A stretch of 64,000 bases of DNA from positions 62,001 to 126,000 of the forward strand of contig OX597838.1 of assembly GCA_951406725.2 (NCBI GenBank), given 5' to 3'. Under the pieces are notes generated by a model. That model saw nothing but the letters and a program-made list of their open reading frames with translations, ran no database searches and was not told the DNA's origin. Each line of letters begins with the position of its first letter. Position 1 is the stretch's first letter. The position numbers and the translations under genes are program-made. Origin of the DNA: Octopus vulgaris. Lineage: Eukaryota. This document shows, one piece after another, positions 1-13,599 of the stretch.

Positions 1-751
1 GTCAGCAAACACGCGTTAATTTTCGAGAAATTACCCTATAAATATCGACACTTAATTACTTGCCACGCATTCGTACAAATTGCTCTTAGTTATAAGTAAA
101 TAAACTGGTTAGCTCTGTAGACAGAAATAGGTAAGTTTTCGTGTTTCCATTATCACGGAAGTGATTTGAAATTTCTGAAAATAATTACGTTGTGAATTAT
201 TCCAAACTGATCTCCGTTTATTTACACACTTGCATTTGAGATGGAATTAAATATTTCTCTTGTGACTAAAGTCGTATCATTACTATAAAATTAAGTGTTA
301 TTTATTGCTCTTTTTCTTTTAATTTCTTGTTCAACCCTTGCAACGTTCGACAAAATTCAAAACAGCCCTTATTCCTAAGCATGTGTCTGTACACACAAAT
401 CAAACTTGTTGCAGATGCAGTAGCAGTCTTTATTGCACCTACCTACAAATCTTGACAGTCTTTTAAATTGTACTTTTATTCACAATTTACATTCATAAGT
501 GATAGATATTCAGTTTTGCTTATTTACTTATTCACAGTATAAAATCTATCATTTATTATTATTGCTTTGTGTGGTTGGCTATTGTCAGTGTTGTGATTGA
601 GGCTAACAAGCGGTTTATTACATTCGAATTTTTAAAATCTATTTTAAACAGGATACAAAGCTAAAAATCTGTATTAGTGCACTTAGCGCTTCTTTGTCCC
701 TAGGACTCATAAAGATTTACTCTTCAACGCCCCTCTCCGGATCGGTTCGAC

Positions 752-769
752 CCATTTGGAGAAGCACTG
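752..769. mobile_element. Right TIR of another hAT-like element (left end not located)
   Basis: CCATTTGGAGAAGCACTG is the reverse complement of CAGTGCTTCTCCAAATGG. Confidence 0.55.
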
Positions 770-942
770 GCCCAAGCTGCATGTTGTCTTAGAGGAACTC
801 ACCAGCTAAAAGATTAGTAATATCTATGATGCTTTATAGAACATTAGATGAACCAAGTACTTGACTGTTACTTTTTGCATATCGACACTGAAAGCTGAAA
901 TGCAATGCTGACATCTACAGGGTTCGAACTGATAACTTAAAG

Positions 943-2200
943 CAGTGTTTCCCAACCTTTTTATGACAAACGCCCCCACCCCAGAACATTTGGATGCCTT
1001 CACCGCCCCGCCAATCCAATATGAGCGCTGACGGAAGTAATGTTTCTTATGATTTATTTAGAAATAGAACAAGATTTTACATGTATACATTTTATTGACA
1101 GCAACATTTACCGACTGCATTGGATGCTTGCACATCAGTGTGATCCCTGCTGGTGATCAGCCGCAAGTTTAAGAATACTTGGTTCTAAATTTCACAAAAG
1201 AAGTCGTAAATCACCAGGCTGTAGTACGACGCCTAATCAGTTTCTGCCTTTAGTAAAAACTTGGTTTACCGCGCTAAATACCTTCTTCATCAGGTAAGAT
1301 GATGGGAATATAATGAAAAATAGCATTGCTTCATTCCAGAGTAAAGAAAACTTCACACTGCAATGCAACCACATTTCATGCAGGCCTTCATTTTCAAAGA
1401 TCATCTTTCCTTCTTCGTCACATTGTAACTCGACAATGTCCTTCTGCAAATCAATATTTTGTTCCTCTGGTTTGCACACAGATGGCTTCTTTACCCAATC
1501 AGGAATATTCAATTCCATCAAATCTTTAAATCTTGTCTGAAAGTCATCACTGAGTTGCTGTAGATGTGCACAATAGGCTCTCAGATCATATTCAGTAAAT
1601 ACGTGTGAAATGCTTTTCATGGACGGAAACTGACAAAACTCCTTCCTTCCCAGGTTTTGTTTGTACAGTTTGATTTTGCTTATGAAACTGATTGCACTTT
1701 TCGCTTGAATGAGGGTAAAATTATTCCTTTGCAGTTGCAAATTTAAAACGTTCATCTTGTAAATATATCAGCCAAGTAAGCCACATCACCGCGTATGAAG
1801 TCAACATGTGTTGTTGCTAAGTGGAACTGATTTCAAAGTCTTTGTGTCAGCTTTAAGAACAGTCGTAAGAATTTCGAGGATTGAGTGCATTATCAGAGTT
1901 TCTTCAATTGTGTGCGGTTTTCCACATTTAGTTATAAATTTTGATATCCTGGATGAAGCAATGATATTAGTCTCAATTTCAGGCTTAGGTGCTTTAAATG
2001 TATTTAAGGTAGGGCGTCTTTCAAATGCATCCTTCATTCGTTGTTATTTTAATTAATCATGCTTGTTTTCTCATGATGTTTTTTTTTTTTTTTTTTTTTT
2101 TTAAAGTACTCCTTTAAACGTGACGCGTTTCATAGCTCCATTTGACAATATATTTTCACAGAAAAGATACATCGGTCGCCGATAATCGGAAGGTGAAGTA
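943..2200 (-). mobile_element. hAT (Buster/Charlie-type) transposon remnant with fragmented transposase
   Basis: TIR CAGTGTTTCCCAACC at 943, preceded by an nnnTAnnn 8-mer (ACTTAAAG). Minus ORFs KCGKPHTIEETLI..VPLSNNT and LNLQLQ..F..RFKD..FPSSYL are typical of ZBED5/SCAND3-like transposases. Other end not found. Confidence 0.85.
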
Positions 2201-2459
2201 ATAAATCCATATTGCAAGTAGTGTACATGATATTGCTGAACTTTGTTGGTAGTTTTTCTGAGTTTTGATGGATTAGCAGTAATAACGGAATCCTCCTTGT
2301 CATAATCCCACTTTTGCTCAAGACGGCAAAAATAAGTGGAAAAAAAAAACCTTGATAGTAATGTTGAAACAAAATACCGGTTCTATGAAATTTTCAAAGT
2401 TTGATTCTTCATCATGCACTGTCAGATTTTATAAATGTCAGATTTTTATAAATGTATAG

Positions 2460-4560
2460 AAAACTTAGGCCGAATCCACGCAGCTGGCATTACTCGTGCG
2501 GGAGAGAAGAACGAGCACCTACCGGCACTCTGCTTACGAAGCTCTCAGCCTTGGTCTGCGCTTGATCCATGGTTCCAGTTTACCGAAAGAAGTGAACCTG
2601 GGAAGTATCAATTTAACGAACAGAGACCACACCCGCTCACCGTCCATATAGAAACAGAGATGCCTCAGCCACAGCGCACGCCTGCACATTTTTAGCCACG
2701 GCATCCCTTAATCACCCTTTAGAGGTTGTTGGCAGCAGATAGAGCGCCTTACAAGCGGCCCCCTGTCCTTCTACGAGAAGCGGAAAAGCATTCGTTCCAA
2801 CTTGTTATCCTTGATGTACCGATTGCACGATGCAGAACGGTTGTTCACCCGAACAACCGACTCAATACTGTTATATCAATGCTGTTGATCCATCTGCGAA
2901 AGGTAAGGCCAACCCGGCCGCCGCGAGGATCACTGCCAAATACTGATGGTCTACCCTATCAAAGGTTTTAGATTGTTCTAAATGGACCAACGTCCCACCC
3001 TTGCCAGTAATTCTATCAACCCTAAGGTATAACGTAGATGATGGAGATTGTTGTGTATAGACCTGTCGGGTTGGAGCAAGTTTGCGCCTCCCCAACGAGT
3101 CTTTCCACGACCCTCACCAATCTATTTGCTTGTACCTTGGCCAAAATTTTCAGCTCTACGTTCAGTAGAGTGATGGGCCTAAAATTATCAATTATATCCC
3201 CCACCCGTTTGGAACCATTCTGAAAAGTATCACAACCCCTACGCGTGCATCACAGATTGCGTTAAACTCACCTAACAAAGTGTGCGACGTACCGAAAAAA
3301 TTCTCCAAACTTCTGAAAAAGTCAGACTGTCTAGTCCTGCAAGGGGAGTAGACAGCTACCAAACTGAAAGACTTACCACTGCTGTGCATCACTTCAAGAA
3401 CGACCAACCTGTCCTCCGGCTCAACAAAGATTGTCCTAGCTTCCAAATTGAGCGCATTCCTGTGTAGCACTGCTACCCCTTCCCCTCCAGGTTGATATGG
3501 AGAAATAAATTTCTCGTAGTCATTTAGGAGGAGTGAAAAGGCCTGCAGTCCACCCAGTCTGGTCTCAGTAATGGCTATTACATCAGTCAGATGCGACCTG
3601 AGGTCGTTAAGGAGACGTCCTTGTTTCCAGTTCGACCCCAGGCCGCGAGTCTTTAAACAACCTAAGTTGAGCGAAATATAAAAATAAAAGGATACTTACA
3701 GTTTTATTCGGGGTGAGGAGAAGACCTCGCCTCGACTGGTTCAGGTATGGGTGGTGGGTTTTAAGAGGTCCTTGTATAATACGTCCGAGAAGTTTCTCAC
3801 TCAAGGACCAACGTCGTTTAGGTGAGAATTTTTTAACCGTTCGTAATTTTTAAAATTAATTCAGCAAAATTTAATGTTTGATGGGATTGCCGGCTTAAGT
3901 CGTCTGTTTTTACTATTTATGGCTGTTATAGCCATGTGGAGTGGGGGTGTTGGTGAGTGTTTTATCTTGTATGGATTTTTTGTGTGTATGCGTGTATGTG
4001 TAGTTGTGGTGTCTTGCGTGTGTGTTAGTGCTTCTGTGGGGATGGGGTCTATTGTTTTCTCTTTTTTCCTTCTACCAATTTGCATTCGCTGCCTCCTTCA
4101 TCCTTAACTTCCTCCGTTTGTATTCTCTCCACTGACTCCCTAGTATTGGTTTCGTATCTGGCCTCTGTATTGTTTCAGTTGGTCGCTCCTTTGGTAGGGG
4201 AGATGCAGCTGTTTTTTTTTTTTTGGTAAGGAGTCATTTTATCTGTCCTCCATCATCATTCAATTTTATTACCTCCCCTACCGCAATTGTATTTACTATC
4301 TCCGCGAAATATCTAGTGGTAGCCTGGATTAGCAATTTCAAGGTCTACCACAGCCAATTCTGTTATTTAAGGCTTGTAGAATTGTTATTTTATCCTCCAA
4401 ACCCAACACAATTGCGTCGATGAGCCACGCTACATCTATTTCTGGTGATATTACCTTGGAAGTGCGTCTCACAAGGTACATGGGCAGGAGAACTATCTCA
4501 GCAGTTTTCTACGTATTCGTAGAGCGGTTCCTCGCCTTATCTTCCGATTTTTATAAAATT
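2460..4560 (-). mobile_element. Decayed Tx1/L1-like LINE (ORF1, APE endonuclease, RT fragments)
   Basis: SLVAVYSP..LLGEFN (APE); NFRPITLLNVELKILAKVQANRL and EQSKTFDRVDH (RT). Many lesions. Confidence 0.8.
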
Positions 4561-4564
4561 CTGG

Positions 4565-5891
4565 TTGCAGGTACCAGAGGATCTGGAGCAAGGAGTGGCT
4601 GCGGTGTGTCGACTGAGTGACCCGGAGCTGAGGAGATTGCATACCATGAATCACATGGGAGTGGACAGGACCCTGTTCCTAGCCAGGGAAGTTGACTCTG
4701 ACGTGACCAGGCAGAGTGTGCAAAGAGTAGTTGGGAGCTGCGACAGGTGCCAGTCCATTGACCCCGCTCCGGGTGTGCATGAGGCAGGAAGCATTCCAGT
4801 GGAACACAACTGGAAACAACTAGCAGTGGACGTGACGCACTACCGGCAGGGGTCACACCTTTTGATGGTCGACTGCGGACCGGGGCGGTTGGCCATATGG
4901 AGGGAGATGAAGACGGAGACCGAGGAGGAGATCACAAGAATACTGAATGAGGTATTCCTAGAACAAAGCCCTGTGGGTGAGCTGCTTAAGGACAATGGCA
5001 CTGCGTTTCGCTCGGAGGTGCTGGGGGAAATGCTCGACAAGTGGCATGTCAACCGTTTCATCAGGGCGGCATACCGGCCAAGTGGCAATGGGGTTGTGGA
5101 GAGGCATCATCGTACCATCAAAACCATAGCAGAGAGGGGCCACATCTCACCGGTCGAGGCCGTATTTTGGTATAATATGTCGCCCAGGACGGGACAGGCT
5201 GAGGAATCAGTGTCACACAGGGCAATATTTAAGTACGAGTGGAGGCATCCATGTACTGCATCGCCGCGTCCCGCAGAAGAGAAGGAGATGATTTGTGCAG
5301 GTCGGGGAAGAAGTCTGGGTTAAGCCCCCAAATGCACGGTGCACATCACACTGGGAAAAGGGGACAATAATCTCTGTGAATTCGAGGAACAACGTATCTG
5401 TAGATGGCATGCCACGACATGTTTTGGATGTGCGCAGGGTCTTCACTGCGACGGAAGATGGGGCCAACAGTAATAGACAAGAGGACGAAACCGGCAGGAA
5501 CATGCCAGGCACTGAGGCCAGTCCTGAAGTCCCACGGCGGTCACAGAGGGAGCGGTGCCTTCCTCGTTGGTTAACTGCAAGGGGGGGTGGTGTTATGAGC
5601 CAGGCGGTGTTGTAGAGAAGGATCGAAAGTGAGGGAGTAGGCATGTCCTGTCAGAAGTGGGGCTTGTGGATCCCACCGGAAATGCTGCGGTGGACATGCG
5701 GCATTCAGTGCAGCACGAAGGTCAGTCGGCGGCGATCAGCACATCAGAGCGGACGAGTGAGAAGGTAGAGCATCGGATAGCGCACGTGGACGTGGAGTGA
5801 ACCTTGGAGATCGCGTCCCCTTTTTCCAGACCGACAGGTAAGACTACCGTAATTCTCTCTTCGCTTCTGTCTTTTTTCTTCCTTTACATCA
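4565..5891 (+). mobile_element. Gypsy LTR-retrotransposon 3' fragment: integrase, PPT, 3' LTR
   Basis: HHCC (H..NH..C..C), D-D-E (VDV, DNG, VER), and a frameshifted C-terminal domain. PPT AAGGGGGGGTGG at 5579-5590; LTR TG...CA at 5591-5891. Confidence 0.88.
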
Positions 5892-5900
5892 CACACACAC

Positions 5901-5955
<55 letters not shown>

Positions 5956-6299
5956 TACACACACACACACACACACATACATGTGAAACCACGTGGTTGG
6001 ATGTATGTGTGTGTGTGTGTGTGTGTGTATTTTTGGTGTCTAGAGAGAGTCATCCTCTTTTAGTGCCTGATTATTTAACACACTCACCGGTTCGATTTCC
6101 CCTCATTTACTTATTTAACGCACGAATTCACATAAAGACTCTTGCAAACCAAATACAAAAACGAAATAAAATAAACTTTGGCCACGCTAGCGAGACGCTG
6201 AAAAACGCCGTGTTCTGCTGTCTAAAAATCAAAATAGCTACCCGACAGGCTCCATTTCATTAAAACTTGCATCTCTTCCAAGCTATACGTGAAACCTGT

Positions 6300-7257
6300 T
6301 AATTCGGCTATCAAGCGGTTAGAACTGACAAAACATGAAGCAAGAAAACTAAAACACACGGAGCAACAAACATCAAAAAGGAAATATACATAGATATCAA
6401 CCAGTACCAGAAACGAAAGAGGGTCCTACTACATGTGTATCACCAGTCAACAATCTATTTAACATTCACTCTATGTTGACTGGTGATACAGTATGGGAAG
6501 ATTTTCGAAATCCAATGAATCTTTATACAGTTATACAGTTACGAAACTTTACAAATATACTTTCTCAGGGAGATATGATATACCTATTATAATGGGTAAT
6601 ACTACATGTAATTTTCATATTTTTATAGTGTGATGTAACTCTTTGGAATAACAATGTATGCGGCTGAAGAGAGCTTTAAACCATCTTTTATATCTATTAT
6701 ACACTGATGTAAGAACGGATCTCTCTATATATAAACGGCAGTTTGTCTCTCTCTATATAAACGGCAGTTTGTCTGTGTGTGTTTCTGTGTGTCTGTTTGG
6801 TTGTACCCTCACTCTGACCACGGCTTTCAACCGATTCTGATGAAACTTGACACACACATAGCCCAATGTCATAATTCAAAACTAACGCAGCGAAAATTTT
6901 GAAAAGTTCCCCCAGTTCTGAAAAAGATCGATAAATTCGACATGGGATCGACAATCAGAAACACAAACCACAGATGGTCTAGGGGACGCAACTCGACCTT
7001 TTTAACTATCAAAAAAAAAAATTTACCATCATTTTTTTCCCCATTTTTTGCTATTTTTTGGCTATAACTCTCTAAAAATGCTTTATAGTTATTTCCCTTA
7101 CAAACCCGAGCAACGCCGGGCGATACTGCTAGTTGTTTATAAAGCTTGACACACGTGTTCTGTTTTTGATTTTATTTGATATATTCTCTCTCATCTCTGC
7201 CACTATCTGGCGTATACACGTGCTTACACTTATCAAGTATTCACCCTAAATTTGCAG
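6300..7257 (+). mobile_element. Decayed PLE 3' region with hammerhead interrupted by a Helitron
   Basis: GCGG-CTGAAGA-GAGCTTT at 6660 continues after the Helitron at 7133 (TAAAGCTT-GACA). Same tail family as 42432-42762. Left boundary approximate. Confidence 0.65.
6720..7132 (+). mobile_element. Non-autonomous Helitron
   Basis: 5' TC (duplicated 5' end), 3' hairpin CCCGAGCAACGCCGGG plus CTAG, inserted between A6719 and T7133. Confidence 0.85.
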
Positions 7258-7723
<466 letters not shown>

Positions 7724-7839
7724 TTGGGTACAGAAATTCAGGGTGAGTACTTGATAATTGTAAGCACCTGTATATACCGTTTGGTGGTGTAGGTGGTGGA
7801 GTAAATTAATCAAAATAAAAACATGATGCCAAGGATTCA

Positions 7840-7917
7840 GCGGTACATATGTTTCAGGCCTTTATTAGACGGATTTATAACAATGCATAATGTGTGTCTA
7901 TGGCCTTCTTCAGCCGC
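7840..7917 (-). ncRNA. Type I hammerhead ribozyme
   Basis: Minus strand: GCGG-CUGAAGA-AGGCC...GGCCU-GAAA-CAUAUG-UA-CCGC. Confidence 0.85.
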
Positions 7918-8085
7918 GCACAACTACTACCCCAAGGACATGTATTACATCAAAAATTCTACGTTGGGGATGCAAATCGTCTCATTCGCGTACGACATAA
8001 TGCGTCAGCAGCACAAAAATGAAGCATCCATCTCGTCCTTCTCTCAATGTAGATGTAATACATGTCCTTGGGGTAGTAATTATGC

Positions 8086-8163
8086 GCGGCTGAAGAAGGC
8101 CATAGACACACATTATGCATTGTTATAAATCCGTCTAATAAAGGCCTGAAACATATGTACCGC
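8086..8163 (+). ncRNA. Type I hammerhead ribozyme
   Basis: GCGG-CUGAAGA-AGGCC...GGCCU-GAAA-CAUAUG-UA-CCGC. Inverted twin of 7840-7917. Confidence 0.85.
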
Positions 8164-8260
8164 TGAATCCTTAACATCATGTTTTTATTTTGATTAATTA
8201 TATATATATATATGTATATATATATGTGTGTATATATATATATATGTATATATATGTGTG

Positions 8261-8292
<32 letters not shown>

Positions 8293-8375
8293 TATATTTA
8301 TATGTATATATATATTTATATATATGTATATATATGTATATATATGTATATATGTATATATATGTATATATATAA

Positions 8376-9345
8376 CTTAGAAAGGTTTTGGCCAGTATTG
8401 GCCCAGGCCATGTCTAACTTGATAGCACCACCTGGCGAAGTCTTTCAATTCAGGATTTGGATACCAAGGCCCATTCGAGCAGAGAGTTATTGTTTGCGGA
8501 GACATATCCGGATGTGGATGGTTTGTCCGGGACTGTTTGAAGGAATTTGTCCAAAGACTTCTTGAATTTTGTGTGGTCAGTTTCTTTTTTGATGTGTCCT
8601 GGTGTAATGTTGAAGAGAGCGGGTCCAATTGAGGTGAAATAGTTGTGCCGTATTGTCGTTATGTGGTGCGATTTAGATTTTTGTTGTGGACGGATGGCAC
8701 GTGGTCCAAGCCTTGGATGTATCAACATCATTCGGACAGTGCTGATGGAATATTTTCCACATCATACAGATAATGTAGCGTTCACGGCGTCGTTGGAGTG
8801 AATACAGTTTCAGCTTCTCTAGTCTACCCCAGTAGTCAAGGTCTGACATGCCATCTAACTTTTTTGTAATTGACCTTTGGGGAGCTTTAATTCTCATAAT
8901 ATTTTGTTTTGTGTAGGGAGACCACAATGGACAGCAGTATTCAAGGTGGGGTCGGGCAAAAGTGGAGAAGAGAAGGATAATAGTGTGGGAATCTCTCGAC
9001 TGGAAGGTTCTGAGAATCCAGGAACACAAAATGCGGGCCATGTCAACTTTGCTGCTTATATGTGTAGCCCAGCTTATGTTGTTGTCCACTGTTACTCCCA
9101 AGTCTCTGATGTTGTTGGATGCCATGAGAATTTCTCCAGAAGGAAGGGAGTATGGGAGTTTCAGAGCGTCCTCCCTTCCAAAGTGGATCAGTTCGAATTT
9201 GTCATATTTGGCATAGTTTGGTATGTGTACTATTTGGCATAGTTTGGTATGTGTACTTCTGCGTCCTCTATATCAGGGTTGAGGTGAGTTTCCACAAGTG
9301 TTATGCATAGGGCTTGATTGCATGCAGTAAGATCTCTCAGGAAAG
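8376..9345 (-). mobile_element. CR1-like LINE fragment (RT C-terminus plus short EN piece)
   Basis: IRDLGV, RPHLEYCCPLWSP, YSLQRRRERY. ETHLNPDIEDAE (EN) near 9260-9300. Confidence 0.85.
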
Positions 9346-9348
9346 AAA

Positions 9349-10436
9349 TTGAACACACAAATAGTGAGCGGTGTTCCACAGGGCACTGTCTTGGGACCAC
9401 TGCTTTTTATAGTGGCCCTCTCAGATATGCCCTCAAATGCCCGGATAGCCACTCTGGCCAGCTATGCAGACGATACGAAAGTCTCGCAGAAAATACAGAA
9501 CCCCAGCGATGTTGCACACCTGCAGCAGGAGTTGGACTCAATCTACAGATGGGCTGAAGATAATAATATGCAGTTTAATGCTGAAAAATTCCAGGCCCTG
9601 CGCTACCAGCATCCAAAACTGAATATTAAACTTACAGGATACACCGGTCCACAGGGAATTTCAATCCCAGAGCCTAAGTCTGTGAGGGACCTGGGTATCG
9701 ACATGAGTGATGATACCTCTTTCCAAGTGCACATTACTAGGATGGCGACAAAGTGCAGACGACTGGCTGGATGGATCCTAAGAACATTCAGAACCAGAGA
9801 TAAGGAAACCATGATGGTCCTCTGGCGGACATTCGTCCTCAGCCGCCTGGATTACTGCTCACAGCTATGGTCACCAACCAGTGTAAAATTAACAGCGGAC
9901 CTTGAAGCAATCCAGAGAAGATTCGCAAAGAAGTTCGTCTCTTTGCAACAGCTCAGCTACTGGGAAAGGTTGAAACAGCTAAGACTCTACTCCCTGGAGA
10001 GAAGACGGGAGAGGTATGCAGTAATATATGTCTGGAAGATCCTGGAAGGAATTGTGCCAAATTTTGGCATTGTAAGCTACACCAATGCTAGAACGGGACG
10101 ACACTGCATAGTGCCAAAGATCCCAGCAATGCCATCACGCTTCAGGACCAGCTTCTGCAACAGCCTGGGTTTCAGGGGCCCACAGCTTTTTAATATTCTC
10201 CCAAAGAGTCTGAGGAACTTGCACAAGGTAGATGTAGCGGTTTTTAAATCAAAGCTGGACATCTTCCTATCAAGAGTCCCAGATGAACCTACCTCACGGC
10301 AAGAGGTGCAAATGAGGGTAGCTATATCAAACTCCATTCTTCACCAAGTGCCACATATTAGAGGAGGCCCTTAGTAATAATAGCGTAGCACAAAACGGCG
10401 GTGCATCAGTATGGCCGCAGCTCTGAGGTGAAACTA

Positions 10437-10440
<4 letters not shown>
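9349..10440 (+). mobile_element. 5'-truncated CR1-like LINE, RT open frame
   Basis: SGVPQGTVLGPLLF, YADDTK, VRDLGI, LDYCSQLWSP, YSLERRRERY. Ends in (TA)n. Confidence 0.9.
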
Positions 10441-10485
<45 letters not shown>

Positions 10486-10637
10486 TGTATATCTATATAT
10501 GTATTGTATATATGTATGTATTGTTTATATGTATGTATGTACTGTATATATATGTATGTATTGTATATATATATTTAAGGGCGGTGCCCCAGCATGGCCT
10601 CAGCCGGATGGCTGAAACAAGTAAAAGAGTAAAAGAG

Positions 10638-10668
<31 letters not shown>

Positions 10669-10701
10669 CTGTATGTGTGTATTAATTATATATATATATA
10701 A

Positions 10702-10743
<42 letters not shown>

Positions 10744-10759
10744 TACATATATATATTTA

Positions 10760-11395
10760 TGACCTTAGTTGGACTGTCTGTGAGGGAGCCATATTTTTGG
10801 AAGAGGGGTCCGATCTTTCAGTGTACTGAGGTTGTTTCTTTCGCGTAATGAAATAAGGCCTTTGGGTTTGACTTAATGTTTTTTATAACCCAGGTTTCTT
10901 TGTCTGCTTTCTCCTTCACATAGGATTGTTGCAGCCTTTTTTCGATCTCCATCAGTGTTGTTTTTAGGCTGGACTTCTTGCTACTTTTGGGATGTTTGTT
11001 GAGACGATTTGCAACCTTCGTCCGTCGTCTCATGAGGATATTCCTGTCTCTTGGAATCTTGCTCCTATTTGTTTTGGCCTTGTGCTCTGGGACATATTTC
11101 TGGCATAAGGCTTGCACAGAAGACATGAAACATTCTAGTTTCATGTCAATGTCTGGTGTTGAGAGACATTTCGGCCAGTCCTCTCTGAGGATCTCTCTTT
11201 AGATCGATTTCCAGTGTGCTTTGTGGAAGTTCAGATCGGAGAGATTTCGGGTGCTTCCTTTAGGCTGTATGTCTCTGGTTACTTTCGGCCCAAACCTAGA
11301 CAGCTCTATTATGTGTGATCCGAGACTAAAGTCGGCATCACTTTCACATCATGAAAGATGTCCATATTATTCTTGAAGTAGAGATCCAGAATTTG
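10760..11395 (-). mobile_element. CR1-like LINE fragment (EN C-terminus/linker)
   Basis: ILDLYF..SDH-like end of the endonuclease; IKNIKSNPKALFHYAK. Confidence 0.75.
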
Positions 11396-11837
11396 GGTAC
11401 TTTTTTAGAGTAACATAACACCCGCACGATTTTCACTTATTTGTAAATTCTGACATATTGACCCTTTTTATGCCTTTATTTGAAAACTTTGATGTTCTCG
11501 GTCATTTTATAATTTTCACTGAAATTATTTTCCTCTTCCCCCACTCTCTCGTCGCTTCACTCCATACAAGATTCTTGTATTTCCGTTGCCTAGGCTTACT
11601 TCATAGAATGCTGCTATTTGAAAATTTTGACCAATGGTTTTTTGTTTGCTTTCATTTTTTTTCATTTGATCAATTCAATATAAATTTTTGGGTTCTTAGT
11701 TTCCCATATATTACAAATATGTACGTATATTAAGTATATTTTGGTAGCTACTCTGAAAAATTACTGAATTTAGTTTGGAGCGTAAAAAAATAAATAACAA
11801 GAGGGATGGAAAGAGAAGAATAACATAGGAAGAAAGC

Positions 11838-11874
<37 letters not shown>

Positions 11875-12044
11875 GACACACGCACATTCCAGATAAAAAT
11901 GTATACATGTATGTGCGTAAATTCCTTTGTAGTTTTGTTGTCTGAGCAGTAACCTAATGTTTCCACTGCTTGTTCTTCTAGCCACCACCACCACCAACAA
12001 CAACAACCCTTTGTCAAGCGCACCACTGCCAGCATCAGTAGACA

Positions 12045-12976
12045 ATGGCTGACAAGTCCATCAAACCTAATGAATTGAATCATTTGCAGCATAAGCTGAA
12101 ATGCCTTTTTAGGAATTCCGCCACACAATTGAACCAACTGAATAAAACTTTACTTTGGCAGAACTCGAACATGAAACGATTAAAGTTGGATGAAGCAGAG
12201 TTAAACTTCATGCTGTATCTTAGACAAAACTACAAACTTCCTCACAGTGAGCAGTTTCTTATGGACAACATGGTAGATGTGCAGAAACTGGAAAGAAAAT
12301 TATGCCGAGAAGTGATGAAACCAGAAGACTTAGCTTTATTTGATAGTATCATTAATAAACGAAAAAACAAAATCATATTGGAGCAAAAAGAGATACATAA
12401 CTTCCAAGAGATAGAGGAAGCCTTGAAGAAACAGATCAACATTATGGAAAATTCACTGGAAGTGAAAACACTTGAGTTCGGCCAAATTCGGTCGGAATTG
12501 GCAAAAATAAGAAATGAATTCTACAGCCTAAATCAACGATTGAGAATATTTGAAGATATTTTCTTCAATCTAGAGGAGAAACATGATAATCTCTTCTCAA
12601 GAATGCAAACAATATCCAAGGCCTGTGTAGATATTGGCGACAGGATAACAGAAGCTGACAAAAAAGTTGTTGGAATGAGGCAGTTAATTAAACTTCATGA
12701 ATATCACTTTAATTTCGAACTAAACGAAATAGACCGACAATCTGTGCAGCAGTGCAATTTCGAGAACTTTATGGCTGATGTTTCCAGAGAACGGGATTGG
12801 TATACTTTGGATAACAGCTTGAAGAAATTAGAGAAGGAACTAAATACACGATATGGACAGCTGAAGGAAGATCAAACAGCAATATCTGCAATAAAAGAAG
12901 CTGCAGTTCTTGACGATATTGATGTTATTGTAAAGGAGTTTCGCCTCAATGAGGAAAGCAATTTTGCACTCTTCAG
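12045..12976 (+). CDS. ODAD1/CCDC114/CCDC63-like coiled-coil protein, paralogue A, coding exon 1
   Basis: 311-codon open frame, helical/coiled-coil composition. Motifs INIMENSLEVKTLEF and DDIDVIVKEFRLNEESNFALFR resemble the outer-dynein-arm docking complex family (...LENRL...F, ...F...E..NFALF). Ends at AG|gtaaac donor (12976/12977), phase 2. Confidence 0.85.
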
Positions 12977-13599
12977 GTAAACCTTTTGTTTGTAAAAAAA
13001 TTATTGCAGTTGCATTTTTTCTTTGATTTAGCGATCATCTGAAGAATAAGAAAGCTATCAAAGAAGCATCAAGTCGGGGATCAAAGTTAAATTCATTTTA
13101 CTCTTATGATGCTCTTTCTTTTAACCATTGTGACCAAAACCATGCTAGAACATCAAACCCAGACTCCTAGATTATATGGGAAATGAATGATTGTCAGACA
13201 ATCATATATATTTCGTTTCAGTACAAAGTTTAAGATTAACTAACCTACACCAATGCCTCCTTGACTCCACTTCAGGAAACCACGTTGTATTTCTCGTACA
13301 ACATCCTGTACTAAACACTGATTACTCCTTCCCGCTGAGAATAAAATCCCTGTGAAATACCTGTTTATTACATACCCACATCGAAATTGAGAGATTCAAA
13401 TTGAGTGTCAACATCAGCAGACTGATGGGAATTGTAGGTCACAAGGCTTGTATTTTGGTTACCACATACATACACAAACATTTATGTATGTATATATGTG
13501 TGAATGTATATAAGTATATGTATGTATATATATATATGTATGTGTGCATGCGTGCGTGGGGGCGCGCGCGTGTTTGCAAGTATGCATATATATATGTCA

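Larger units (their letters stand above)
7721..8198 (-). mobile_element. Non-autonomous fold-back Penelope-like insertion
   Basis: Inverted arms about 7804-7950 and 8052-8198, each with a hammerhead. The tail (…CTTACAATTATCAAGTACTCACCCTGAATTT on -) is shared with 7200-7257 and 42710-42762. Flanked by (TA)n. Confidence 0.8.

Noticed and set aside
5649-5664. PBS-like TGTCAGAAGTGGG inside the Gypsy LTR
   Set aside because: It lacks the TGG start and lies within the LTR rather than after it.
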